A DNA stretch of 24,470 bases from assembly GCA_041946805.1 (NCBI GenBank), contig JBHGBC010000087.1, forward strand, positions 1 to 24,470, in the 5' to 3' direction. This DNA is from a bacterium. Its GTDB lineage: Bacteria; Hinthialibacterota; Hinthialibacteria; Hinthialibacterales; Hinthialibacteraceae. Both the position numbers and the translations under genes were made by a program. This document shows positions 15,746 through 24,470 of this stretch, in pieces. The stretch's first letter is position 1; every line of letters starts with the position of its first letter. Under the pieces are notes generated by a model. That model did no database searches and was not told the DNA's origin. It worked only from the letters and a program-made list of their open reading frames with translations.

Positions 15746-16492
15746 CTAGTTATCCCGTAAGGAAAGCAGGCGCAGTATATTTCCAGAAAGGATCATTTCT
15801 TTTTGTGCTGGCGTGATATCCGATTCCAGGATCTTCGCGATTTGCAAAGCTGGATCCAGCAAAGGAAGGTCGGATCCATATACGATTTTCTCCGCTCCCG
15901 CTTCGGCCACGGCGGTTTCGATCATGTTGTTATCAAAGGAGGAACTGGCCGTATCCAGGTAAATGTTGGGATACATCTGAGCAGCGGCGATCGACCGGTG
16001 CCAATCGCCTTGGGCCTGAGGGCAACATCCCATGTGGGCGTTGATGATGACCGCGTCCGGGACCCGCCGCGCCAGGGATTCGCATTCCGGCCCGGTGGAA
16101 TGCGCGAGAATGGGAATCCGCAATTCCGCCGCCTTGGCGATCACGGGAATCATGTAGGGATCGTCAATGACTTGCAGGGGAGGCACAGAGTAAATCTTCA
16201 AGCCCCGGAATCCATATTCATTGACATAGCGGTCCAGCTGATCCACGATCCACGGCCCGAAACGCCCCGCGCTGACGGTGTAGTATCCATATAAGCGGCC
16301 GGGATATTTTGGGATTTGCGTGCGCAGAAATTCATTGCCTTCCGCCATGTCATAGGTCAGCGCCAGGAAATCCGTGACAAACAGTTTCTCGATACCGTTC
16401 CGGTCCGCCGCCCGGATCAGCAAGTCCACATCGGCGTCGATATGGCACCAGGTGGCCTTGCCGATATGCACGTGGCCGTCGATTATTTTCAT
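15746..16492 (-). CDS. Amidohydrolase-family (Amidohydro_2-like) metal-dependent hydrolase, 248 aa
   Basis: MKIIDGHVH, GFRGLK, PILAH, IINAHMG, NIYLDTA, KIVYGSDLP; ATGA overlap with the upstream gene. Confidence 0.92.
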   Translation of the reverse strand: MKIIDGHVHIGKATWCHIDADVDLLIRAADRNGIEKLFVTDFLALTYDMAEGNEFLRTQIPKYPGRLYGYYTVSAGRFGPWIVDQLDRYVNEYGFRGLKIYSVPPLQVIDDPYMIPVIAKAAELRIPILAHSTGPECESLARRVPDAVIINAHMGCCPQAQGDWHRSIAAAQMYPNIYLDTASSSFDNNMIETAVAEAGAEKIVYGSDLPLLDPALQIAKILESDITPAQKEMILSGNILRLLSLRDN

Positions 16493-19080
16493 GGTTCGGT
16501 TGATTGGACTTTCACCCGCGCCGCCAGTTTCCGCAGTTCTTCGACCCATTCGGCCAAACCGGGGCACCGGTTGAAGCGCCGCCCCCGCAGCCAGTCGCAT
16601 TGGATATAATACGTGATGGGTTGGTTATGTTCAGCCTTCAGCACCACTTGGTTTTCATGGGGCCAGTTCCGCAGTTGGATGAAGCGCTCCGCGGGAAACA
16701 CGATCCCCATGCCGATCGTCCCGATGACGGGGGTTTGGGAACCCCAAACGCCCAGCACGCCCGCGTTGGTATCCAGCTGCAATGTTTCTTCCGGCAGTTT
16801 AGTCAGTCCGATGCCCAGCGCCAGATGATCGCCGGCTTTTCCTCCGCTGATGTCAATATGAATGGGCGTATCCGCCCGCCCCGCCAACGCGGCGCATTGA
16901 AAGCGGACCGTGTAGGGATTGTCTTTCGGGCCTACTCCCGACGCTTGCATTTCTATAAGGGTACGGTTGGGGCTGGATTCGATCATCCGTTTGGAAAAGA
17001 TAATGTCGCATTTCCCCTCCGCGCACCACACGGGATACGCTTCGCCATTGACATACAACGTGATTCCACCCGAACCGGGTGAATCGCCCACCAGCAGCGC
17101 GTCGATGCCCCATTCGGTTTCGTCATGGTAGCTTTGCGCGCCGATGGCGGGATAAATCAGGCAGTCCTGTTTTTTTCCAAAGAAATCGAACTGCCCCCAA
17201 TAGGCCCGGTAGGCGATTTTCTCGGATTCCCATCCGATGTTCGGCGGCACCCAATCCTGCGCCCAGGCGGTTTTCGATTCTTGCGGATCGCGGCGGAGGG
17301 AAGTAATCCAATCTTCATACGCGGGACTGGTATTGTTGATTCCAAATTCCTTCCCGAGCAGGGAGGAAATCCCGTCCCAGTCCCCCCGGGCCCGCGCCTG
17401 GTGAAGGGATTGCTGGATCGGGGAGGCGATACCGGAAAGTTGATGGAACCGTGCCAACAAACGGTCCTGGAGGAGATTCAGGTAGAAACATACGGTTTCG
17501 TCGCTTTGGAGTAATTTTTGTTTCAGCGTAGAATCCATGCCGGTGAACAATGAATCCCATTCCTGGCCCAATTGGCCGACTTGGCTTTGAGGGGATAACT
17601 TCTCCAATGACAATGCCAGCATTTGATTCAAGCGATACAACCGGCCAGGCAAGTCTTTACGAGCGGATGCCAGGATGGAATTGATTTCCGGCCAGTTCCA
17701 TCCGATTTTTTGGATCGCGGTGTTTTCCGATGTCCAGGTATCATCCATTTGGCCGTCCGCGTCGAGATCGAAGTCCCACGTGTCGATGACGCCGTCTCCG
17801 TTGGCGTCACGCAATTCATAGCGGCTATCCCGTTGGTTATCCAGATTGGAATCCACATCCATCCAGGCGCGGGCCGCGCCTTTCAAGTGGATGCGCTGAT
17901 CGGTGGGATGATAATAAATCTCCACGCCGGATTGGGGTTGCATGGCTAATTCATAACGCTTGTTGAACGGCCCACAACTGGGTCCACCTACCTGGGGGAA
18001 ATCGGGATTGCCGGGCGCGATGACGCCTTCCCAGCGCTCATTCGTATCGGCGCGGCCTTGGCCGTCGATGTTGGAATCGATTTCATCCCAGGTCAACATC
18101 ATCCGTTCCCAGCGGACCGGCAGCGCGAACCGGGGAGCGATGTCCCATCGAAGGAAGGGTCCGGTGGGCAGGCCGCGGATGACCGTTCTCTCCGCCACGG
18201 TTTCATCAAAGTGCAGATCAGAATGTCCGCGGGGCCGGTTCTTCACCATCGCGGAAGCGCCCGGCGCCCAGGCGGTCAGCGAAACATCGAAATCGCGGGG
18301 CTGGTCCGGCGTGGCGTCGTTGTCGGCGTCAAAGCTGTGGCGGATGTTTTCCACCGCCGTGCCGATGCCCGAAAAACGCAGCACCTCCTCGGTGACGCCG
18401 TCGTGATCGTGGTCGTAAAACAGAAATGGATTCTCGAAGAACGGCGTCCATTCCGTGGCGTCTTCGGTTATGGCAAAGGCCACAAATTCTTCATCGCCGC
18501 CGAAATGGGTGCGGTATTGGCAGAGTGTTTGATCGTAGGTGTATCCCACATCAAACCATAACAAATTGTCATCCCCGGTGTCCCGCCCCCACCAGATGCG
18601 CAGCGTATCCTGCTTCCAAAACGCGCTGGGGCCGTCGTGGAAGAAGATACCCATCTCGTCCACGTCGTCGTCGCCGTCCACGTCGGTGTAATCCAGCACG
18701 GCGTCCACCGCGCCGTCGGCTTGCCAATCCGCGATATACAAATCGCTGTCCAGATCGGGTTCATTACCTTCCCGCAGATCGCCGTCTTCATCGATGACCC
18801 GGACTAACAAAGGCCGGTACTTTTCGGGATGGCGGGAATCCGTGTCGATAAACCAGACTTCATCCGGCCGGCCGTCCTGGTTGCCATCGACATACAGGCG
18901 CTTGCCGGCTTCCAATTGCAATACTTGGTTATGAATTTCGGGATTCAATAGAACCGCGTTGCCGAAAACTTTTTCGAAAAGCCGCTGTTTCGCGTTTTTT
19001 TCGGATTGGGAGAACGCTGGAAGTATCCAAAGGCAACCAGACAAAATATAGATTGCATAATGGCAGCCATGCCGTTTCAT
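16489..19080 (-). CDS. Secreted protein with many DxDxDG motifs and a C-terminal DUF4861-like domain, 863 aa
   Basis: Signal peptide ending AFS; DGNQDG, DEDGD, DVDGDDDVDE, DHDHDG, DANGDG, DLDADG; NIGWESEKIAYRAYWGQFDFFGKK; ATGA overlap at 19077-19080. Confidence 0.72.
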   Translation of the reverse strand: MKRHGCHYAIYILSGCLWILPAFSQSEKNAKQRLFEKVFGNAVLLNPEIHNQVLQLEAGKRLYVDGNQDGRPDEVWFIDTDSRHPEKYRPLLVRVIDEDGDLREGNEPDLDSDLYIADWQADGAVDAVLDYTDVDGDDDVDEMGIFFHDGPSAFWKQDTLRIWWGRDTGDDNLLWFDVGYTYDQTLCQYRTHFGGDEEFVAFAITEDATEWTPFFENPFLFYDHDHDGVTEEVLRFSGIGTAVENIRHSFDADNDATPDQPRDFDVSLTAWAPGASAMVKNRPRGHSDLHFDETVAERTVIRGLPTGPFLRWDIAPRFALPVRWERMMLTWDEIDSNIDGQGRADTNERWEGVIAPGNPDFPQVGGPSCGPFNKRYELAMQPQSGVEIYYHPTDQRIHLKGAARAWMDVDSNLDNQRDSRYELRDANGDGVIDTWDFDLDADGQMDDTWTSENTAIQKIGWNWPEINSILASARKDLPGRLYRLNQMLALSLEKLSPQSQVGQLGQEWDSLFTGMDSTLKQKLLQSDETVCFYLNLLQDRLLARFHQLSGIASPIQQSLHQARARGDWDGISSLLGKEFGINNTSPAYEDWITSLRRDPQESKTAWAQDWVPPNIGWESEKIAYRAYWGQFDFFGKKQDCLIYPAIGAQSYHDETEWGIDALLVGDSPGSGGITLYVNGEAYPVWCAEGKCDIIFSKRMIESSPNRTLIEMQASGVGPKDNPYTVRFQCAALAGRADTPIHIDISGGKAGDHLALGIGLTKLPEETLQLDTNAGVLGVWGSQTPVIGTIGMGIVFPAERFIQLRNWPHENQVVLKAEHNQPITYYIQCDWLRGRRFNRCPGLAEWVEELRKLAARVKVQSTEP

Positions 19081-20405
19081 GATCCCGCTCCCTGGCTTTG
19101 TTCGACCGCGCGCAAGGCCGCGGCGGCCGCGGCGGCCGTTTCCTCCACATCCCGTTCCGTATGCGCCGTGGAGACGAACCACAATCCTTCGGGAATGGCA
19201 CGCACGCCGCGTTCCTGCAGTTCAATCCAAAAGCGGCGCGCGAGCGATTTGTCCGCCTGCTGCGCGGTCCGGTAATCGGTCACGGGGACCGATGGTTCGG
19301 GCACAAATGACACATGAAACACCGGCGGCACTCCCCGGACCGTCAGCGGCAGGGAAGTGGCGGCCGCCAGATCCCGCAGCCGTTCCATCAGCCGCCGCGC
19401 GATCGTGTGCGCTTTTTTCAAGGGTTCGCCATCGTGGGCGCTGAGAAAATCCAAAGCCGCCCGGACGCCCGCCATGACCGGAGGATTGGCGTTGTAAGTT
19501 CCCGCGTGCACGGTTTTCAATTCGCCCAACCCGCGCATGTAAGTTTCCTTCCCGGCCAGGGCGCTGACGCACATGCCTCCCCCCATGGCTTTGGCAAAAA
19601 CGGCCAGGTCAGGAATGACCTGATAATACGCCTGCGCCCCGCCCAGCGCGATGCGGAAGCCGGTGATGACTTCATCGAAGATCAGCAGCGCGCCGTGCTG
19701 ATCGCACACATCCCGCAAGCCGGCGAGAAAGCCCGGCCGCGGTTCGATCGCGCCCGCATTGCACATGACCGGCTCGGTGATCACACCCGCGATTTCGCCG
19801 CCGTGTTGCTGAAACCAATTCTGGACCAACGCCAGGTCGTTCCAAGGCAATACATGCAAATTCGCGCCGTCCTCGGGTGTCTGGCCGAGCGAGGAAGGGA
19901 ACAGCTTCGGCGATTCGCGCGGATTATCCGGATCGAGCGGCGGCGCGAAATTCCACGCGATGTTGTCGAACCATCCGTGGTAATGCCCCTCGAAGCGCAG
20001 GATTTTCTTCCGGCCGGTGGCCGCCCGGGCCAGGCGCAAGGCGGCATGGACGGATTCGGATCCCGAGGAGGCGAAGCGCACCATCTCCGCGCCGGGGACC
20101 AGCTCACAAAACTTCTCCGCGGCGAGGATTTCCCATTCGGTCTGTCCGGCGTACATCAAGCCTTTCTGGAATTGCGCGGTGACGGCCTCGATCACTTCGC
20201 GGGGCGAATGGCCCAACAGCAGCGGCCCGCGGCCCAGCACATAATCGATGTATTCATTCCCGTCCGCATCCCAGACCCGCGAACCTTCCCCCCGTTCATA
20301 AAACAAGGGAAACGGTTCCCAATTCGCACGGACGTTGCTGGAGATGCCGCCGGGAATCACCCGCCGCGCCCGGTCCAGCAAATGCTTGGATTGGTCGGTT
20401 TTCAT
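19077..20405 (-). CDS. Class III PLP-dependent aminotransferase (glutamate-1-semialdehyde aminomutase-like paralogue)
   Basis: WDADGNEYIDY, FEGHYHGW, LLIFDEVITGFR, PDLAVFAKAMGGG (PLP lysine), HAGTYNANP; start 20405 preferred because 20429 lies inside a repeat element. Confidence 0.92.
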   Translation of the reverse strand: MKTDQSKHLLDRARRVIPGGISSNVRANWEPFPLFYERGEGSRVWDADGNEYIDYVLGRGPLLLGHSPREVIEAVTAQFQKGLMYAGQTEWEILAAEKFCELVPGAEMVRFASSGSESVHAALRLARAATGRKKILRFEGHYHGWFDNIAWNFAPPLDPDNPRESPKLFPSSLGQTPEDGANLHVLPWNDLALVQNWFQQHGGEIAGVITEPVMCNAGAIEPRPGFLAGLRDVCDQHGALLIFDEVITGFRIALGGAQAYYQVIPDLAVFAKAMGGGMCVSALAGKETYMRGLGELKTVHAGTYNANPPVMAGVRAALDFLSAHDGEPLKKAHTIARRLMERLRDLAAATSLPLTVRGVPPVFHVSFVPEPSVPVTDYRTAQQADKSLARRFWIELQERGVRAIPEGLWFVSTAHTERDVEETAAAAAAALRAVEQSQGAGS

Positions 20406-20422
20406 TGCGGCAGCCTTTTTTG

Positions 20423-20579
20423 GGCTCATCCATTTCGTGTGTGCTTTTGTTCAGATCACGGGTTCGCATCTCTTCGATAGGATCGATGAAATCCACCCCC
20501 CAATCCCCACTCCCTCTCGAAGAGGGTCAGGGCGAGGGTATTTTTAGGGTCCAACTTTTGTGTCCGCTCTCATCCTGGA
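20423..20579. repeat. Degenerate copy of the MITE-like element (left end and body)
   Basis: GGCTCATCC-N5-GTGTGTGC left end; 20484-20538 aligns to 2276-2331 with 9 differences over 56 columns; GTCCGCTCTCATCCTGG vs GTCCGCCCACATCCCGG. Confidence 0.65.
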
Positions 20580-20664
20580 GTATCCTCCGCGGAAGGATCA
20601 GCGTGAGGGAAATCCTTTTCCCGTCCGGTTTACTACCAGGCTAATTCAACGTTCTGGTAACAAG

Positions 20665-21702
20665 TCACAATTGAATTTCCTTCCCTGTCCGGTTGGATTC
20701 ATACGCCGCCAGCGCCGCCGCGACGGCTTGCCGTCCGTCCCAGCCGGTGATGACAGGCTCCCGGTCTTGCTGGATGCTGTCGATGAAATCCTGGAGGTGC
20801 ATCGAATACGATTCCAGCCGCACCGGATCGAGAAATCCCTTGCCCTGCCAGTCGATCGGAGGCTGCGTGGCCAGGGTTTGCCAGGTTCCCTCGGTGAATG
20901 CCACGCGGGCTTCGCCATAGGCGTCGACATCCAACAGACCGCGTTCGCCGATGACCTGGTATGCGAACTGAGAGCGGGGGAATCCCGGTTTCGGCGTCTG
21001 GAACGAGCAGAACAGGTAGGCGGTGGATCCATCCGGCAAGGTCAGCAGCACGTCCGAAGTGCCTTCGGTGGTGCAGGCCGGATCGAGGCTGCGGCATTTG
21101 GCGTAAACGGTTTTGATTTCCCGCCCCGTCAGCCAGCGGATGTTATCGAAATTGTGAATCGCGTGGCCGAACAACGTGCCCAGGTTTTGCGGTTCGAACT
21201 GCCATTTGGGCAGGCCGGCCATGCCGCCGGGGACCGTGTGGTACGACCGGATGTGTTGAATCCGGCCCAACCGGCCCGAATCGAGGAGTTCCTTGGCCTT
21301 GGCGTTGCAGATCCGCATGCGCTGCGTGAAGGCGATGGTGCAAAAGAGCTTCCGGGACGCGCAGGCGGCCAGGATGGCGTCGCATTCGGCGACCGTGCAG
21401 GCCATGGGTTTTTCGATCAACAGGTGTTTGCCCGCCTCCGCCGCGCAGATGGCCTGCTCGGCGTGTTGCGCGTGCGGTGTCGCGATGAACACGGCGTCCA
21501 CGTCGCCGCGCGCGATCAGGTCCTGATAGGACGAGTGCGAGGCGATGTGATAATCGGCGGCCAGGGCCGGCGCGCGGGATCCGCAGGCCACGCCCACCAG
21601 GTGAGCGCCCCGCGTGTATTTGGCGATGGTTTCCGCGTAGGTCCGGCCCATGAATCCCGAGCCCAGAATGGCGATCCCCAAGGATGACGGAGCTTGTCTC
21701 AT
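20665..21702 (-). CDS. Gfo/Idh/MocA family NAD(P)-dependent oxidoreductase
   Basis: IAILGSGFMG, DVDAVFIATPHAQH, GKHLLIEKPMA, HAIHNFD. Confidence 0.95.
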   Translation of the reverse strand: MRQAPSSLGIAILGSGFMGRTYAETIAKYTRGAHLVGVACGSRAPALAADYHIASHSSYQDLIARGDVDAVFIATPHAQHAEQAICAAEAGKHLLIEKPMACTVAECDAILAACASRKLFCTIAFTQRMRICNAKAKELLDSGRLGRIQHIRSYHTVPGGMAGLPKWQFEPQNLGTLFGHAIHNFDNIRWLTGREIKTVYAKCRSLDPACTTEGTSDVLLTLPDGSTAYLFCSFQTPKPGFPRSQFAYQVIGERGLLDVDAYGEARVAFTEGTWQTLATQPPIDWQGKGFLDPVRLESYSMHLQDFIDSIQQDREPVITGWDGRQAVAAALAAYESNRTGKEIQL

Positions 21703-23399
21703 GATTTATGCACCTCGTGGCGGGAGCGGCCGCTTGTCAAGAACATAATCCCGATCCCCAGCATGATAAACCCCACCAGAAGGCTTACAAGCCCCTCCCG
21801 GAGGGAAGTCAGGACCATCACGCCGATCAGCAGCAGGCCCAGCGAGCCGATGGAAATCCCGATGACCGGCAGGGGAGACGGGGTTGGCGTGGCCGTGGAA
21901 GAAAAGGCCGGCGGGGGCGCTTCCGGAGATTCGATCCGATGGAAGAACGCATGGATGACGGACTCTTGCTTCGGCGTGCTGGGCCGCCACCATGTGCCCA
22001 ACAGAATCCCCAACGCCGTGCTGAGAAACGTGAACGATGTGATGACCGGCTCATTCCGCAGGGAGGTGTACGGTTCGCCTCCCCCCGCGTAGTAAACCAC
22101 CAGTCCGGTGATCATTCCCAATAACAAGCCGGCCATCCCGCCCGCGTTCGAAATCCGCCGCGTGATGAGTCCCGCCAGCATGGGCAGCGCCACCGGCGGC
22201 AGGAAGAGGCTGAAGAGCCGGACCATCAGCTGAAACAAATCCCCTTGTCCTGGATTGGTCATGACCACCCAGGCGATCAGGATGGAGGCCAGGCCGACGG
22301 CCAACGTGCACAAGCGGGCCACGAGCAGCAGCGAGGCGTCCGTCTGCCGCGCGCCGCGGAAGCGCTTGTACACATCGTTGGTCAGGACCGAGGCCACCGA
22401 ATTGTAATCGCTGGAGATCATGGACATCGTGGCGGAGAACATGGCGGCGATCAACATGCCGGTCATGCCGATGGGCAAGAGGGTCCGGCACAGGAGGGAG
22501 TAGACTTCGTTGGCGTTGGCGATGTCCGGCAAGTAGATCCGGGCCGCCATGGCGGGGAAGAAAAAGACGGGAGGGCCGAGGACATTCAACGCGGCCACGA
22601 GGTAACCCGCCTTGCGCGCCTCCCCGTCCCGCCGGACGGAGTAGTATTTCTGCACGAGCGACCACGAGGTGCTGTAATTGAGCGCGATGATGACGAAGAA
22701 CGAAAACAGGTAGATCCAATTGTACTTCGGGGTGGTGAGCGCGAAGAACCCGGAGGGGATTTTCTCCAGAAATCCCGTTACACCGCCGACTTTCATGAAC
22801 GAAAGGGGCACCAACACCGCCACCGCCAGAATCATCACCACGAACTGGACGAAATCGGTGATGATCACCGCCCATAGCCCCCCCAGGAACGTGTAGGTCA
22901 ACATGATGCCGCCGGAGAGCAGCACGCCCCAGCTCAGCGGGAAATCCAGCCCCGCCGAAACCAGCGTGCCGATGGCGTACAGCTTCAAGCCGTCGTCGAT
23001 CACCTTGACGGGAATTCCCAGCCAGGCCAGCCCTTGCCGCAGCGCGGGGCCGAACCGTTCCTCGATGTATTCCAACGGGCTGGTGTTCGCCGCGCGCCGC
23101 CACCGGCTGGCGAAGAAGTACGCGCTGAGCAAAGCGGCGGGGACCGTGACCCAATACATCGTGACGGCCACCCACCCGTATTGATACGCCAGCGCGGAAT
23201 ACGAAACGAAGGTGAACGCGCTGAAGGAGCTCATGTAAAACGAGATGGACGACAACCACCAGGGAATCTTCTGGCTGCCGCTGAAATAATCCTGCAAGGT
23301 CCGCATTTTGCCGGAATAATACAGGCCGATCGCCAGCATGACCACGAAAAAGCCGGCGATGATGACGTGATCCGCAAAGGCCAGGGTGACGCCTTCCAT
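21699..23399 (-). CDS. Sodium:solute symporter (SSS) family transporter
   Basis: DYFSGSQKIPWW, SAFTFV, YIEERFG, YTFLGGLWAVIITDFVQ, GMLIAAMFSATMS; many TM segments; start 23399 (23459 possible). Confidence 0.95.
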   Translation of the reverse strand: MEGVTLAFADHVIIAGFFVVMLAIGLYYSGKMRTLQDYFSGSQKIPWWLSSISFYMSSFSAFTFVSYSALAYQYGWVAVTMYWVTVPAALLSAYFFASRWRRAANTSPLEYIEERFGPALRQGLAWLGIPVKVIDDGLKLYAIGTLVSAGLDFPLSWGVLLSGGIMLTYTFLGGLWAVIITDFVQFVVMILAVAVLVPLSFMKVGGVTGFLEKIPSGFFALTTPKYNWIYLFSFFVIIALNYSTSWSLVQKYYSVRRDGEARKAGYLVAALNVLGPPVFFFPAMAARIYLPDIANANEVYSLLCRTLLPIGMTGMLIAAMFSATMSMISSDYNSVASVLTNDVYKRFRGARQTDASLLLVARLCTLAVGLASILIAWVVMTNPGQGDLFQLMVRLFSLFLPPVALPMLAGLITRRISNAGGMAGLLLGMITGLVVYYAGGGEPYTSLRNEPVITSFTFLSTALGILLGTWWRPSTPKQESVIHAFFHRIESPEAPPPAFSSTATPTPSPLPVIGISIGSLGLLLIGVMVLTSLREGLVSLLVGFIMLGIGIMFLTSGRSRHEVHKS

Positions 23400-23683
23400 G
23401 TCGATCCGTGTTCTCCGGTGGAACGGGATGATTCCGCGCGCGATAGTGATGAACACCATAGAATGAATCCGGTTGTTTGGATAGAGCGCGAGGCGGATCC
23501 GCCCGCGGCCGGGATGGGAAGGAAGCCGGCTTCACCGCCCGGCTGGAAGCAGGGGGAGGTTGGGCAATGATTGGCGGAGAAATTGGAGTCGTTGGATGAA
23601 ATGTGGGAATGGGATATTTCTTGGGAAACTTGGAAACGATTTACTTGACTGTCGAACTTTCTCACTGCACGAATCGCGATATG

Positions 23684-23811
23684 AGGATTGATGAGAACGC
23701 GAAACGGTTCCCTCTTCCGTGGGGATAGGGAATTTAGGGTGGCTCTCTCCCCCTTGTCAAATCGATATCCGGCCATGCGTTCGTAAAAGGTACGCACTTG
23801 TTGGATGAACC
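23684..23811. repeat. Degenerate copy of the MITE-like element (right end)
   Basis: GTACGCAC-ttgtt-GGATGAACC at 23790-23811 has both conserved TIR blocks exact; preceded by GGATTGATGAGAAC and a CCCTCTTCC/GGGATAGGG hairpin. Confidence 0.6.
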
Positions 23812-23820
23812 AATAAAAGG

Positions 23821-24152
23821 ATTGGAACATTTCAAGTCCATGGAGGGGGGGGCTCCCGGGAAACGCCTATCTTCGAACGTATTACCTCACGCTCAAGACC
23901 GAAGGGCATCCGTGGATAGGTGAGAAGATTCCAATCAACCAACTCCGAATTGTGGAGATCGCCAAGGAGGAAAATGTAAAAAGGCTGGGTGGCACTCTGG
24001 GATGGGGAGCGGCTGGGTTGATCGTATTAGGCCCCGTTGGACTCCTGGCGAGGCTTCTGGCGGGAGGCAGGAGGAAGGATGTGACGTTCATCGCCCAGTT
24101 TGATAACGGACGGAAACTCCTGGCTACCACGGACAACAAAACCTTTACCTGA
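23821..24152 (+). pseudogene. Probable disrupted gene for a small glycine-zipper-like membrane-associated protein
   Basis: Open frame from 23817 reads LTLKTEGHPWIGEKIPINQLRIVEIAKEENVKRLGGTLGWGAAGLIVLGPVGLLA..VTFIAQFDNGRKLLATTD with no ATG; a plausible N-terminus (IGTFQVHGG) lies in another frame before a G8 tract at 23845-23852. Confidence 0.45.
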
Positions 24153-24327
24153 ATCCGTGAACTAAGATCTCCAAAAATTGGATCCAATACTTACATCACG
24201 AAAAATGAACTTGGTATATCTTTGTATTTTCATTCCGGCATCATTTTTGGAATCCCGACTGCGGTTTTTTGTCGAATTTCCGGCCGTATGGTTATGGGAC
24301 AGGCTCCCCACGGCCTTTCCGCGCAGA

Positions 24328-24356
24328 CCTCTCCTTCCCCCATGGGACGGGGAGGG
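24328..24356. repeat. REP-like hairpin, degenerate
   Basis: CCTCTCCTTCCC-ccat-GGGACGGGGAGGG. Confidence 0.4.
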
Positions 24357-24470
24357 ATTCGACGGGCCTTTTTTGACTTCCTTTCACATCCTCCGGTGGT
24401 TAGCCGGTGGTGGCGGCGAAGCGGAGATAGACACGCCGCCAGACCCGATACCACGGATTGCCTTTCCCAA

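Noticed and set aside
19077..20405. Calling the aminotransferase hemL
   Set aside because: It has GGISSNVRA and SGSES where HemL typically has GGVNSPVRA and SGTEA, and lies in a catabolic cluster with no hem genes.
24292..24306. TTATGGGACAGGCTC, resembling an IS5-family end
   Set aside because: Single short match with no partner repeat or transposase in the window.

Overview
High-GC bacterial window with four blocks. (1) lepA (78-1871, minus), then a ~1.4 kb non-coding region holding a 209-bp MITE-like element (22-bp TIRs, near-perfect 8-bp target duplication), related degenerate repeats and a sigma70-like promoter. (2) A secreted beta-helix protein with an inserted lectin-like domain (3275-5638, plus). 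(3) A minus-strand curli amyloid locus in an unusual arrangement: degenerate GGDEF protein with intact RxxD, lipoprotein-type csgE, csgF, csgG, long csgA-like curlin, a GxxExxY nuclease-family gene enclosed by 44-bp inverted arms built from 9-bp repeats, and a long csgB-like curlin. No csgD or csgC is visible in the window. (4) A three-module secreted carbohydrate-active-like protein (plus) converging on a minus-strand catabolic cluster (SSS transporter, Gfo/Idh/MocA oxidoreductase, class III aminotransferase, DUF4861-like protein, one intact and one ligand-less amidohydrolase), followed by a probable pseudogene. No rRNA, tRNA or CRISPR array was seen. All family calls come from motif recognition by eye; no searches were run.
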